The notes beneath the pieces are model-generated. The model saw only the letters and a program-made list of their open reading frames with translations, was not told the origin of the DNA and did not search any database. 64,000 nucleotides of DNA. It comes from an uncultured Methanosarcinales archaeon (GTDB taxonomy: Archaea > Nanobdellota > Nanobdellia > Woesearchaeales > 21-14-0-10-32-9). The stretch covers positions 5,462 to 69,461 of the forward strand of contig CAZJQL010000001.1 in NCBI GenBank assembly GCA_964548665.1. The letters run 5' to 3'. Both the position numbers and the translations under genes were made by a program. Numbering within the stretch: position 1 is the stretch's first letter; the number at the start of each line of letters is the position of its first letter. Of this stretch, positions 1 to 11,708 are shown in pieces.

Positions 1-1
1 C

Positions 2-316
2 ATCAGTAATTGTGTGATTAATCTTTCTCCTGATAAATCAAAAGTATTCAAAGAGTCACACAGAGTACTTAGGAATGGAGGGAAGATGTTTATCTCTGAC
101 ATGGTATTGTTAAAAGAATTATCTGAAATACATAAGAATGATCAGGATTTAATTTCAAGCTGTGTAGGTGGAGCTATTCTAAAAAAAGAATATCTTAAAC
201 TTATAAAAGAAGCAGGATTTGAAGTCAAAATATTGTCTGAAGACAAAGAAATAAGCGATAGACAATACAAAGGATTTCCAGTCGAGAGTATGAAAGTTGT
301 AGCTCACAAGAAATGA
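2..316 (+). CDS. SAM-dependent methyltransferase, C-terminal fragment (ArsM-like); ORF runs off the 5' window edge
   Basis: Open frame from position 2. The C-terminal region ([13 protein letters not shown]...) resembles arsenite/UbiE-type methyltransferase C-termini. Context: thioredoxin plus ArsP permease downstream. Confidence 0.55.
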   Translation: MSNCVINLSPDKSKVFKESHRVLRNGGKMFISDMVLLKELSEIHKNDQDLISSCVGGAILKKEYLKLIKEAGFEVKILSEDKEISDRQYKGFPVESMKVVAHKK

Positions 317-322
317 GGAGGA

Positions 323-562
323 TTGAGATTTATGAAAATCGAAATATTAGGAACGGGATGTCCAAAATGCAAGATGCTTGAAGAGAACACAAAGAAAGCA
401 TTGGCAGAATCAGGAAAAAAAGCAGACATAATCAAAGTGACAGAAATAGACAAGATCATTGAATACGGTGTGATGTCAACACCAGCCATTGTGATTGACG
501 GCGAAGTGAAGGCATACGGCAAAGTATCAACAACTGAAGAAATAAAGAAGTGGTTGAAATGA
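323..562 (+). CDS. small thioredoxin-fold redox-active disulfide protein (CPKC motif)
   Basis: 79 aa with the GTGCPKC motif typical of 'redox-active disulfide protein 2' in arsenic/metal operons. SD-like GAGGAGG upstream. Confidence 0.7.
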   Translation: MRFMKIEILGTGCPKCKMLEENTKKALAESGKKADIIKVTEIDKIIEYGVMSTPAIVIDGEVKAYGKVSTTEEIKKWLK

Positions 563-1020
563 GGAGATCATTAGTAATTATATCAATGGTTTTGCTTGCA
601 GTATTTATTGCAGGCTGCACAGGTCAGGCACAAACAGCAAGCACTACAGGAGACATCATAGCGAATACTGCAACAGCTGATGTTGAGAAAATTGAAGTAT
701 ACCATTTTCATGGAACAAACCAATGCTACTCATGCATCACCGTAGGTGATTATGCTGAAGAAACAATCAACACATATTTTGCTGAAGAACTAAAATCAGG
801 AAAGATAGTTTTTGGCCACATTAATGGAGAACTTGCAGAAAATAGAGAACTTGTCATGAAATATGGCGCAACAGGATCTTCACTATGGATTGGCACATAT
901 GCGAAAGATGGTAAGTTTTCAGCTGAACAAAATGTCAATGTGTGGTATAAGATAAACAATAAAGAAGATTATATGACTTACCTTAAAGGTGTCATAAACC
1001 AGAAACTTGTAGGTAACTAA
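550..1020 (+). CDS. secreted/lipoprotein with CxxC motif, function unknown
   Basis: N-terminal hydrophobic signal plus AGC lipobox-like site; CYSC motif; translationally overlaps the upstream gene. Confidence 0.45.
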   Translation: MVEMRRSLVIISMVLLAVFIAGCTGQAQTASTTGDIIANTATADVEKIEVYHFHGTNQCYSCITVGDYAEETINTYFAEELKSGKIVFGHINGELAENRELVMKYGATGSSLWIGTYAKDGKFSAEQNVNVWYKINNKEDYMTYLKGVINQKLVGN

Positions 1021-1021
1021 A

Positions 1022-1738
1022 ATGGATTTAATGGCATTCATGGAAGCAATGGGAACAAGCAACATTCCTCTGCTTGCAGCATTTTTCATAGGGTTGATGA
1101 CTGCTATAAGTCCCTGCCCATTAGCAACTAATATCACAGCAATAGCTTACGCTTCCAAAAAAATAGATAACAGCAAACATACAACCATTGTGAGTTTGCT
1201 TTATACTCTTGGAAGAATGTTCACATACGTTGCAATAGCATCACTTATTGTCTGGTTTGGCGTGAATGTCCAATCAATATCCTTATTTCTGCAAAAATAT
1301 GGAGAAAGAATTCTCGGACCAGTACTTATAATTATCGGAGTAATAATGCTCGATATCATTAAGATTAATCTATTCAAGTCGAATGCAAAACTTGACTCGT
1401 TAAAAGAGAAGCTTGCAAAGAAAGGATTTCTCGGAGCATTCCTTTTAGGCGTGATTTTTGCTTTAGCATTCTGCCCTTTTAGCGGAGTATTATTTTTTGG
1501 AATGCTCATACCATTGGCAATTAATGCAGGAGATGGACTATTAATTCCATCAGTATTTGCCTTAGCAACAGGTCTTCCAGTCATCATATTATCTCTTATC
1601 TTAGTTTATAGTGTTTCAAAACTTGGAACAATAATGAACAAGATCCAGACCTTTGAAAAATGGATGAGAAAAATAGTCGCAGTGACCTTCATAATTGTAG
1701 GAATTTATTATACAGGAATATTCCTGTTCGGATGGTGA
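1022..1738 (+). CDS. CcdA/DsbD-like integral membrane thiol-disulfide transporter
   Basis: Multi-TM protein with conserved Cys in TM segments (SPCPLATN; AFCPFSG), as in the CcdA/DsbD transmembrane domain. Confidence 0.5.
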   Translation: MDLMAFMEAMGTSNIPLLAAFFIGLMTAISPCPLATNITAIAYASKKIDNSKHTTIVSLLYTLGRMFTYVAIASLIVWFGVNVQSISLFLQKYGERILGPVLIIIGVIMLDIIKINLFKSNAKLDSLKEKLAKKGFLGAFLLGVIFALAFCPFSGVLFFGMLIPLAINAGDGLLIPSVFALATGLPVIILSLILVYSVSKLGTIMNKIQTFEKWMRKIVAVTFIIVGIYYTGIFLFGW

Positions 1739-1744
1739 TTAAAT

Positions 1745-2860
1745 ATGGAAAAGAAAGACTGGACAATACTATCAATAATAATCGCTGTATTTTCAATATT
1801 TTATTTCATACCTTACAATAGCACATGGTTTAATAATTCAGTAATCAGCGGAGTAAACCTTCTTAATGATTATGCAAAACAGCATGTACTAACTTGTCTT
1901 ATCCCTGCATTATTCATTGCAGGAGCGATTATTGTATTCATTCAAAAAGACAAAGTTCTGAAATTTCTTGGACCTGGCGCTAAAAAATATGTATCATATA
2001 GTATTGCATCAGTTTCAGGAGCAATTCTCGCTGTCTGTTCATGCACTATACTTCCATTATTTGCAGGAATAAGGAAAAGAGGAGCAGGACTCGGTCCAGC
2101 AATCACTTTCTTGTTTGCAGGGCCAGCAATCAATATCGCTGCAATATTTCTCACGATGAGTGTGTTAGGATATGAGATGGGGCTTGCACGAATGATAGCT
2201 GCAATAACAATATCTATTCTTGTCGGCGTTACTATGGCTCTTATTTTCCGAGAACAAGTAGAAAAAGGAACATTCTTATCAGAAGAGGCAGATAAATTAA
2301 AACTCTCAAATCTTGTAATAGTAACATTCTTTATTATGATGATTGGTGTTTTGGTAGTTAATGGACTTCAAATTGATAAATTACTCAAATACTCATTAAT
2401 GGGATTATTAACTCTATCAACAGTTATCCTCGTATGGCTTAAATTCGGCAAGGAATTAATCGGCAAATGGATGGAAGAAACATGGACATTCTCAAAAACA
2501 ATACTTCCTTTATTGTTTGCAGGAGTGTTTGTTGCAGGATTCATAATGCCATTACTTCCAGAAACATTGATTACAAATCTTGTCGGACAAAATACGATCT
2601 TAGGAAACCTCATCGCATCAATATTTGGAGCATTCATGTACTTTTCAACATTGACAGAGATTCCTATTGTTCAGGCATTGATTGCTAAGGGAATGGCTTC
2701 AGGACCAGCTCTTGCATTGCTATTAGCAGGACCTTCATTAAGTCTGCCAAATATGCTCGTAATAAGAAAAGTATTGGGGACATCAAAAACAGCAGTATAT
2801 GTCGGACTCGTAATAGTTTATTCGACGGTTGTAGGATTGATATTTGGGATGATTGTCTGA
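1745..2860 (+). CDS. arsP: ArsP-like permease (DUF318/YraQ family)
   Basis: 371 aa, polytopic; VCSCTILP motif matches the TPFcSCS-type cysteine pair of ArsP/DUF318 permeases. Confidence 0.6.
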   Translation: MEKKDWTILSIIIAVFSIFYFIPYNSTWFNNSVISGVNLLNDYAKQHVLTCLIPALFIAGAIIVFIQKDKVLKFLGPGAKKYVSYSIASVSGAILAVCSCTILPLFAGIRKRGAGLGPAITFLFAGPAINIAAIFLTMSVLGYEMGLARMIAAITISILVGVTMALIFREQVEKGTFLSEEADKLKLSNLVIVTFFIMMIGVLVVNGLQIDKLLKYSLMGLLTLSTVILVWLKFGKELIGKWMEETWTFSKTILPLLFAGVFVAGFIMPLLPETLITNLVGQNTILGNLIASIFGAFMYFSTLTEIPIVQALIAKGMASGPALALLLAGPSLSLPNMLVIRKVLGTSKTAVYVGLVIVYSTVVGLIFGMIV

Positions 2861-2978
2861 TATTCACGAATCTAGCCATTGCAAAGGCTACGTTGTTCTA
2901 CGAGGGTGTTTAAATAGGTATTTGAGCATCCATCGACGTGAACATAGGAGGTAATACCAAATGGCAAAGAAAGCAGAC
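2861..2978 (+). promoter_or_regulatory. promoter/leader module copy A: TATA box (tttaaata, 2909-2916) flanked by an imperfect inverted repeat (cgaggg...ccatcg), GGAGGT SD, first 6 codons MAKKAD
   Basis: About 92% identical to 12997-13114 over 118 bp. TATA-to-ATG spacing is 52 bp in both copies. Confidence 0.55.
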
Positions 2979-3116
2979 GCTTCTATACAAGTGAATCATC
3001 TTGCATATCAAAATCATTCTCTTGCTGAAATATTCAAAGAGTTTGGAAAGCAAATTTTGGAAATGAGTATAAATAAAGAAAATCTCAATCTTGTCCTTTT
3101 CATATCAAGAAAATAA
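2961..3116 (+). CDS. small ORF (51 aa) driven by repeat copy A; possibly a gene remnant
   Basis: ATG with strong SD. Shares only MAKKAD with the 13097 gene. Convergent on the groL 3' end. Confidence 0.25.
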   Translation: MAKKADASIQVNHLAYQNHSLAEIFKEFGKQILEMSINKENLNLVLFISRK

Positions 3117-3174
3117 TCCTTAAAAAATTGGTTTATTGAAAAGATTAAATCTAAATTAAAAAATAAATAAAAAA

Positions 3175-4788
<1,614 letters not shown>

Positions 4789-4799
4789 TTTGCTTCACC

Positions 4800-5072
4800 T
4801 CACTCAATTTTTGCGAGAATATCTTTATAGTCTACAAAAATGTGTTTCTTGCCGTCAATTTCAATATCTTCAGAACTGTATCCGCCATATAGCACCTTGT
4901 CTCCTGGCTTTAAAGGCAACTCTTTTCCATCTTTAAAATGTCCCGCAGCTATTACTTCTCCCTCTTTTCGTTCTTCTTTTGCAGATTCTGGAATATAGAT
5001 TCCTCCTGCTGTTTTTTCTTCTTTCTTGTGCTGCTTGATAAGCACTCTTTCACCTAATGGTTTGATTTTCAT
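4800..5072 (-). CDS. groS: GroES co-chaperonin (Hsp10)
   Basis: 90 aa; KPLGERVLIK...GGIYIP mobile-loop and fold signature; immediately upstream of groL. Confidence 0.88.
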   Translation of the reverse strand: MKIKPLGERVLIKQHKKEEKTAGGIYIPESAKEERKEGEVIAAGHFKDGKELPLKPGDKVLYGGYSSEDIEIDGKKHIFVDYKDILAKIE

Positions 5073-5089
5073 TTTTCATACCTCCTGTT

Positions 5090-5455
5090 TCAATTTTGAA
5101 TTTCAATTTTTCGATTAAAAGCAGTTCTTAGCTCTTTTAGTTTTTTAATAGGCATATTGTTGAATGTTTTTAGCATTGCTTTTTCTAATTTTGGATGTTG
5201 GGCTCTACCCAAATAAGATAGTGCATAAAGTCCTACACTTACTGAACAGATTAAATAAAATACTGTGAATAATTTTGTAATATTATTTGTTGGATGTAAA
5301 TCACCGTAACCTACAGTGGTCATTATGGTTGTTGAAAAATATAATGAATCTACAACGCTCCAATTTTCATAGTGATGATAAAATATTGTTCCTGTTCCAA
5401 TCAAGGTTAATACTATTATAAATGAAATTCCTAACTTGTTCATATTAACTCTCAC
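5090..5455 (-). CDS. minimal 2TM potassium channel (pore-only)
   Basis: 121 aa; TM1 - pore helix - TTVGYGD selectivity filter - TM2; no extra domains. Confidence 0.75.
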   Translation of the reverse strand: MRVNMNKLGISFIIVLTLIGTGTIFYHHYENWSVVDSLYFSTTIMTTVGYGDLHPTNNITKLFTVFYLICSVSVGLYALSYLGRAQHPKLEKAMLKTFNNMPIKKLKELRTAFNRKIEIQN

Positions 5456-5486
5456 CTTTTGATTATATTAAAATATTAAAAAAATA

Positions 5487-5609
5487 ATACAATCAGACCA
5501 TAAAGTCTGTGTTAAATACATGCAGCTGTCTTTCGTCTATTTCCCGTGGAGATAGTTCGTCTACTTCTTCTGATGTTAGTAGACGACCATCTTTGTCTTC
5601 AAACATCAT
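5487..5609 (-). CDS. small ORF (40 aa), acidic, hypothetical
   Basis: ATGATG preceded by GGAGGTG SD between hsp20 and the K+ channel gene; not in the ORF track (<60 aa). Confidence 0.2.
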
Positions 5610-5633
5610 AGACTTCACCTCCTACTTTTTTGT

Positions 5634-6131
5634 TTATTTCACATCAATCAGCTTTCTTTTTGATTCTTCTATCTTTAGTTTAGGTATTGTGACTTTCAGA
5701 ACGCCGTCTTTGTATTCTGCATTTGCTTTGTCAGCATTGACGTTGCTTGGCAGGCTGAAGTGCCTATAAAATCCAGAGTAGTTTCTTTCAAACCTGTACA
5801 TCCCTTTTTTCTTGTCTTCATGCTTTACTTCGGCTTTTGTTTCGGCTTTAATCTCTATTCCATCTTTATCTACATGGACTTGGATGTCTTTTCTATCAAT
5901 TCCAGGTATCTCAACTTCGGCAATAACTTCTTTATCTGTTTCATAAATATCAGAAAGCGGTTGTTTATATGAACTTGTTACTAGTTCTCCTTTTTTACCT
6001 GCACTTGGACCTTCTAGCAACATTTGATTTCTATCAATAAATGGATCGTTTGCAAAAAAATTCTCAAACATATTATCCATTTGTTCTTGCATTCTTCTCA
6101 TTTCGTCAAAAATAGTGTATCTTTGTCTCAT
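5634..6131 (-). CDS. small heat-shock protein Hsp20/alpha-crystallin family
   Basis: 165 aa; alpha-crystallin domain with the GVLKVTIPK motif. Confidence 0.88.
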   Translation of the reverse strand: MRQRYTIFDEMRRMQEQMDNMFENFFANDPFIDRNQMLLEGPSAGKKGELVTSSYKQPLSDIYETDKEVIAEVEIPGIDRKDIQVHVDKDGIEIKAETKAEVKHEDKKKGMYRFERNYSGFYRHFSLPSNVNADKANAEYKDGVLKVTIPKLKIEESKRKLIDVK

Positions 6132-6306
6132 TTTCTGGCACCTCCAGGTTTTAATTTAATTTGCCCTTGTTGATTTAAGGTAGACGATGGAAAAGTTTAA
6201 CTAATATTTAAAATTTACGAATTTTAATTAGTTTTAATTATTTAGATTTAAATGATGTCATTAATTTTTAGTAATATTTAAATATAACAACAATAATCTA
6301 ATCAGC

Positions 6307-6714
6307 ATGGCACAACAAATAATCCTTAGAGAACTACAAAAACCACAAGAAATCAATTTATCGCAAGATATAGACTGGCTTGGAGAAAGCTTTGGATTCT
6401 CAGCAAGTAGAGATACAGATAGGATAACCGCTAAACTACTCCAAAACCTCTTAGAAGACATAGGTAGAGATGGATCAACAAGTACAGAAAAATTATCAAA
6501 CAATATGGACATAGAAATTCAAAGAGTGAACTATCATCTAAGAACACTTGTTAATTCAGGATTTATCTGCAGGGAAAAACGCCTAATAGTTTTAAGACAG
6601 GGGAGTGTAAAAGCAGCTGTTGAAGAAATGCGAAAAGACGCAAACAGGATGTTTGATAATCTCTCTGTAATTGCTGAAGAAATAGACAAAAATTTAGGTT
6701 TAAAAAACCGTTAA
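6307..6714 (+). CDS. winged-HTH transcriptional regulator (possible stress/heat-shock regulator)
   Basis: 135 aa with a wHTH-like segment (VNYHLRTLVNSGFI). Divergent from hsp20 across an AT-rich 175-bp intergenic region. Confidence 0.4.
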   Translation: MAQQIILRELQKPQEINLSQDIDWLGESFGFSASRDTDRITAKLLQNLLEDIGRDGSTSTEKLSNNMDIEIQRVNYHLRTLVNSGFICREKRLIVLRQGSVKAAVEEMRKDANRMFDNLSVIAEEIDKNLGLKNR

Positions 6715-6772
6715 AAATTTCTCTCCAAAGCAAAGAACAACACGATACTTAGGAGAATGCGAGGTGTGAAGA

Positions 6773-7759
6773 ATGAACAAAGAAATTCAGGAATTGAATG
6801 CTGTTGCAGAGAAATACTCTGAGAAAATAAATAAAGTGCATTCTGAAATAAGCAAAGTAATCGTGGGGCAAGATGAAACAGTAGAAAAATTACTAATTGC
6901 ATTAATATCCAATGGCCATGTTCTTATTGAAGGAGTCCCAGGGCTAGCAAAAACGTTAATGGTAAAAACACTCTCAGAATGCCTAGATTGCGGATTTGTT
7001 AGACTTCAATTCACACCAGATCTTTTGCCAGCAGATATCACAGGAACAAAAATTTATGACCATAAAAATAGTATCTTTAAAACGGTGCAAGGACCGATAT
7101 TTACAAACTTTGTATTGACAGATGAAATAAACAGGGCACCACCAAAAGTACAGTCAGCACTCCTTGAAGCAATGCAGGAAAAGCAAGTAAGCATACAAGG
7201 AGAAACAATACAACTCCCAAAACCATTCATGGTCTTAGCAACACAAAACCCAATCGAAAGTGAAGGAACCTATAAGCTCCCAGAAGCACAAGTAGATAGA
7301 TTCATGTTCAAACTCTTAATAAAATATCCAGAAAAAAATGATGAAATAGAAATTATCGAGAGATTCACAGAAGGGATGATAATAAACGTATCAAAAATAC
7401 TTTCATCAAAACAAATTATAGAGATGCAGGAATTCAATCAAAAGATCTATGCTGATAAGAAAATTAAGGAATATGTTGCTGAGATAGTTGATGCAACAAG
7501 ACATCCAGAAAAATATAAACTAGATATTAATGGCTACATAGAATACGGAGCATCACCAAGAGCATCACTTTGGCTTATTCTTGCATCAAAAGCCCACGCA
7601 ATGATCAATGGCAGGGGATATGTAAAGCCAGAAGATGTAAAAGCTATAGCACATGATGTGTTGAGGCACAGAGTTTTGTTAACCTATGAAGCTGAGGCAG
7701 AACAAAAAACAAGCGATGAAATCATAACTAAGATACTTAATAAGATCAAAGTTCCATAA
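6773..7759 (+). CDS. moxR: MoxR-family AAA+ ATPase
   Basis: Walker A GVPGLAKT, Walker B VLTDEINRA, sensor motifs; 328 aa, typical MoxR size. Confidence 0.9.
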   Translation: MNKEIQELNAVAEKYSEKINKVHSEISKVIVGQDETVEKLLIALISNGHVLIEGVPGLAKTLMVKTLSECLDCGFVRLQFTPDLLPADITGTKIYDHKNSIFKTVQGPIFTNFVLTDEINRAPPKVQSALLEAMQEKQVSIQGETIQLPKPFMVLATQNPIESEGTYKLPEAQVDRFMFKLLIKYPEKNDEIEIIERFTEGMIINVSKILSSKQIIEMQEFNQKIYADKKIKEYVAEIVDATRHPEKYKLDINGYIEYGASPRASLWLILASKAHAMINGRGYVKPEDVKAIAHDVLRHRVLLTYEAEAEQKTSDEIITKILNKIKVP

Positions 7760-7760
7760 G

Positions 7761-8138
7761 GTGGTTTTTATGGATGAAGAGAAAATGCACGAAGCGCAGT
7801 TTATGCAGCTTGTGATGAGCATGCAAAGCTCTGCGTGGATGATGCTGGGAAAAACAATCAATCCTATCTCAGGGACAATAGAAAAAAATCTTGAAGTGGC
7901 AAAATCAATCATTGACACTTTGCAGATGTTAAAAGCAAAGACCAAAGGCAACCTTTCAAAAACAGAAGATGCCTTCTTGTCAAATACAATACAACAACTG
8001 CAAATAAATTTTGTTGAAGAAATGAATAATTCTGAGAAAGAAAGACCAAAAGAAGAGCAAAAACAAGATGTGGTTGAACAGAATAAAAAAGAGCAAAAAA
8101 AATCCGAAGAATCATCACAAACAATAGCTTCAAAATAA
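7761..8138 (+). CDS. hypothetical protein in MoxR operon (K/E/Q-rich C-terminus)
   Basis: Translationally coupled to moxR (2-bp gap). Confidence 0.4.
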   Translation: MVFMDEEKMHEAQFMQLVMSMQSSAWMMLGKTINPISGTIEKNLEVAKSIIDTLQMLKAKTKGNLSKTEDAFLSNTIQQLQINFVEEMNNSEKERPKEEQKQDVVEQNKKEQKKSEESSQTIASK

Positions 8139-9029
8139 GTGATTACTATGCTAGAAACAAAAGAGGTGCTAAGACAGGTTAAAAAGATAGAGATAGCTAC
8201 AAAACACTTAGTTGATGGAATTATTGCTGGAAACTATCATTCAATTTTCAGAGGGCAAGGGATAGAATTCTCAGAAATAAGGGATTACAAGCCAGGCGAT
8301 GATATTAGAGCAATAGATTGGAAGGTTACAGCAAGATTTAATCACCCATATATCAAAGAATTTATTGAGGAGAGGGATTTGCAGGCATACTTTGTGTTTG
8401 ATTATTCTGCATCAGGGAGCTTTGGAAATCTAGTTGAGAAGCGAAGAAAGGCAATAGAGCTAACGGCAACACTAATGTTCTCAGCAATAAGGAATAATGA
8501 CAATGTAGGATTATTCATATTTACAGATGGCGTTGAGAAGTTTATTCCAGCAAGAAAAGGAAGAAAGCATGTTCTTAAACTTATTAGCAGTTTAGTAATG
8601 CACGAAACTAAATCCAAAAATACTAATTTAAAAAATACGCTTTCAGTTGTGTCAAACATTGTCAAGAAGAGAAGCATAATGTTTATCATCTCAGATTTTT
8701 ATGGGCAGGAGTTTTCCAAAGAATTAAACATGCTTAAAAACAGGCACGATGTTATAGCAATACGAGTAAATGACTCAAGAGAAACAAATCTTCCTAATAT
8801 TGGGCTTATACAGCTCGAAGACGAAGAAACAGGAGAGCAGATCCTAATTGACACATCAGACAAAGAATTCAGAGAAAACTATTCAAAAATATTGAGAATT
8901 GAGAACCAGAGGCTCAACTCAATGTTTAAAAAATACGAGGTAGACTCAGTAAGCATAATTACAGATGAGCCTTATGAAATTCCTCTGAGAAGATTCTTTA
9001 GAACAAGACAGAAAAGGATGGTGACATAA
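8139..9029 (+). CDS. DUF58 protein (MoxR-associated, vWA-like)
   Basis: 296 aa; DUF58 signature region (DIRAIDWKVTAR...); canonical MoxR partner. Confidence 0.8.
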   Translation: MITMLETKEVLRQVKKIEIATKHLVDGIIAGNYHSIFRGQGIEFSEIRDYKPGDDIRAIDWKVTARFNHPYIKEFIEERDLQAYFVFDYSASGSFGNLVEKRRKAIELTATLMFSAIRNNDNVGLFIFTDGVEKFIPARKGRKHVLKLISSLVMHETKSKNTNLKNTLSVVSNIVKKRSIMFIISDFYGQEFSKELNMLKNRHDVIAIRVNDSRETNLPNIGLIQLEDEETGEQILIDTSDKEFRENYSKILRIENQRLNSMFKKYEVDSVSIITDEPYEIPLRRFFRTRQKRMVT

Positions 9030-9031
9030 AA

Positions 9032-9982
9032 ATGGCTGGATTTGAAACACCATCAATACTTTTATTCTTGATAACAATCCCTTTATTGTTCTACATTTAC
9101 AAGAAGATTATTGCCAAGAAAAAGAAAGATGCAATCACATTCAGCAACATTGGATTCATAAAATCCGCTCTTGGTGATAAGAAAAAATCAAAAAGAAATG
9201 ACTTGCTATTCTTCTTATGTCTTCTAATAATAACATTAATGATTATTGGTTTTGCAAATCCACACATCCCTCTTAAACAGACTAGAGAAGGTGTTAATGT
9301 GATTTTAGTTCTTGACGTCTCTGGTAGTATGCAGGCAACAGATTATCAGCCTACAAGGCTTGAAGCTATGAAAAAATCTGCAGAAATACTAATCAAAGAT
9401 CTTAAAGAAAAAGATCATGTGGGTATAGTGACTTTTGAGTCTGGAGCAACTACTGCAGCATATCTAAGCCCGTACAAAGATAAAGTTATTGAAAAACTTC
9501 GAAGCATTTCTCCGCATCAAGGACAGACAGCAATAGGCGATGGGCTTGCAATGGGTGTGGATATGGCGACAAGCATTCCGAATAAGAAAAAAGTCATAAT
9601 CCTGCTCAGTGATGGAGTAAACAATGCAGGAGTAATAAGCCCTCAAGAAGCGATTGCATTTGCAAAAACAAACAACATACAAGTTCATACCATTGGAATG
9701 GGTTCAGAGGGACAAGTAATATTAGGATATGATTGGTTTGGAAGACCTCAATACGCAGAATTCGATGCGGAAACACTCAAAACAATAGCTAAAGAGACTG
9801 GTGGAAAATATTTTCAATCAGTAAATGATAAAACACTTGAAAATATCTATAAAAACTTAAGCAAAGAGATAAAAAGAGAGAAAGAAGAAACAAATATCAA
9901 AGAATATTTCTTCTTAGCAGCACTGATAACATTCATAATCTATCTATACTTAAGATATGGTGATAAGAGGATAATACAATGA
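9032..9982 (+). CDS. von Willebrand factor A domain membrane protein (BatA-like)
   Basis: N-terminal TM helices; vWA MIDAS motif LVLDVSGSM; follows DUF58. Confidence 0.8.
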   Translation: MAGFETPSILLFLITIPLLFYIYKKIIAKKKKDAITFSNIGFIKSALGDKKKSKRNDLLFFLCLLIITLMIIGFANPHIPLKQTREGVNVILVLDVSGSMQATDYQPTRLEAMKKSAEILIKDLKEKDHVGIVTFESGATTAAYLSPYKDKVIEKLRSISPHQGQTAIGDGLAMGVDMATSIPNKKKVIILLSDGVNNAGVISPQEAIAFAKTNNIQVHTIGMGSEGQVILGYDWFGRPQYAEFDAETLKTIAKETGGKYFQSVNDKTLENIYKNLSKEIKREKEETNIKEYFFLAALITFIIYLYLRYGDKRIIQ

Positions 9983-11523
9983 AAAAAATAATCCTACTAC
10001 TAATGGGACTCCTTTTATTAATGCCACTCGTGCATGCTGAAGATATTACCTTATCATTAGACCAAAAAGAATACTATTTCAAAACAGGGGAAAATGCAAT
10101 CATAAACATTCACGCAGAAAACACATACAAGGAAACAATCAATGGAATGCTAAGCTACACAATCACCCAGTTAATAAATCAAGGGAATTTCCAGATGTCG
10201 AGTTCAAACACCAAATCTACCAATTTTCAGATAAAAGAAGGAAAAACAGATAATCAATTAAATTTTGGGACATCAGAAACACCTATATTATTGACAGTTG
10301 GACTCTCATTTCAGTACAATAAGGATGAATCAAGAGTGGTGCAATTAGAAGACATAAAAATACATTTTGTAAGCGAAGAATCACAAAAACAAAACACCCA
10401 AAAAACTGTTTCTAGCAGTTCACAAAAGACAAGCGCCACACAACAAAACGATCCATTTACACAACAAGAACAACGAATGCAACAAATGATAAATCAAATG
10501 TTTGGAGAAGAACCGCAACAACAGCAACAACAATCAGCAACACAGAAACTCCAAAATAACCAATTATCTCAGGACAGTTCAGCATTAAAACAGCAGATGC
10601 AAAAACAATTCCAAGAACAGCAGGCATTAAAAGAAGAATTCCAAAAACAACTATCACAAAATCAAGAATTCCAAAAAGAACATCAAGAACTATTAAGTCA
10701 AGGATATAACATCACAAGCGGAAGTCTAAACCCTATTGCAAATGACACAGGGACATTCGAATTAAATTACCAAAAAAACAACGGAGAACGAGCAACACTT
10801 AAAGGAGAAATGAACAATGGACAAATGCAACATCTTGAAAAAGATACTCCTCAAACAAGACAAGAACTATTAAACCAACTTCAACAAAATAAACAATTCC
10901 AAGAATACCAAAAGCAACTAGAACAGCAAGGATTCTCACAACAAAATACTGAATTCAAAACAACACAAAACCAAACAGATATTCAAGTAAATTATCTAAA
11001 CAAGAAAAATGAAACAGCACAAATAAGTGCTGAGATAATAAACAAAACAATAGAAAAAGTCGAATTAACAAAAAATATTGAAACTAAAAAGAAAAACTAT
11101 TGGTGGATTATCCCTGCATTAATTATTCTTGCAATATTAGTATATTTAGCTTATAAAAAGTTGAACAAAAAGAATAATAATACAAATCACCAAGCTATTC
11201 AAACTGAAGAAAAACCCTTTGATTACAAGAAAGAATCTAAGAAACTATTAGAAGAATCAAAGAAATCATTTGAGGTAAAAGAATACAAAGATGCATACGG
11301 AAAAGCAGGACAAGCACTAAGACTATATTTAAGCTATGAGAATAATCTAAAGAAAGAAATAACTAATGATGAAATAATCATTCACTTAAAAAAACAAAAA
11401 AAAGAATACCAAAAAATAAAAGAATGCTTCGATCTATGTTCGCTAGTAGAATTTGCAAAGTATGAAGCGAATAAAAAAGATTTTTATAAAATAATAACCG
11501 AGATAGAAAAAATAATTGAATGA
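9979..11523 (+). CDS. secreted Q-rich, coiled-coil membrane-anchored protein (BatD-like position in the Bat/MoxR operon)
   Basis: Signal peptide, poly-Q/QQ-rich low-complexity core, TM near residue 370, C-terminal helical/TPR-like tail. Confidence 0.45.
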   Translation: MKKIILLLMGLLLLMPLVHAEDITLSLDQKEYYFKTGENAIINIHAENTYKETINGMLSYTITQLINQGNFQMSSSNTKSTNFQIKEGKTDNQLNFGTSETPILLTVGLSFQYNKDESRVVQLEDIKIHFVSEESQKQNTQKTVSSSSQKTSATQQNDPFTQQEQRMQQMINQMFGEEPQQQQQQSATQKLQNNQLSQDSSALKQQMQKQFQEQQALKEEFQKQLSQNQEFQKEHQELLSQGYNITSGSLNPIANDTGTFELNYQKNNGERATLKGEMNNGQMQHLEKDTPQTRQELLNQLQQNKQFQEYQKQLEQQGFSQQNTEFKTTQNQTDIQVNYLNKKNETAQISAEIINKTIEKVELTKNIETKKKNYWWIIPALIILAILVYLAYKKLNKKNNNTNHQAIQTEEKPFDYKKESKKLLEESKKSFEVKEYKDAYGKAGQALRLYLSYENNLKKEITNDEIIIHLKKQKKEYQKIKECFDLCSLVEFAKYEANKKDFYKIITEIEKIIE

Positions 11524-11708
11524 TTTAATCAAGTAATTAAACAGTTGTAAATTTTAGTAAGATGATTTTAGAGAAACGCATTAAAAAGACTCTAAAGACT
11601 TTTTATCTTTTGTTATCGTAAAGTATTCTTTACAAAAAGAATATATGAACTGTTTACAAAATAAATTTCAGCACATTTAAATATTAACTATTGATTTAAT
11701 CTATCATA

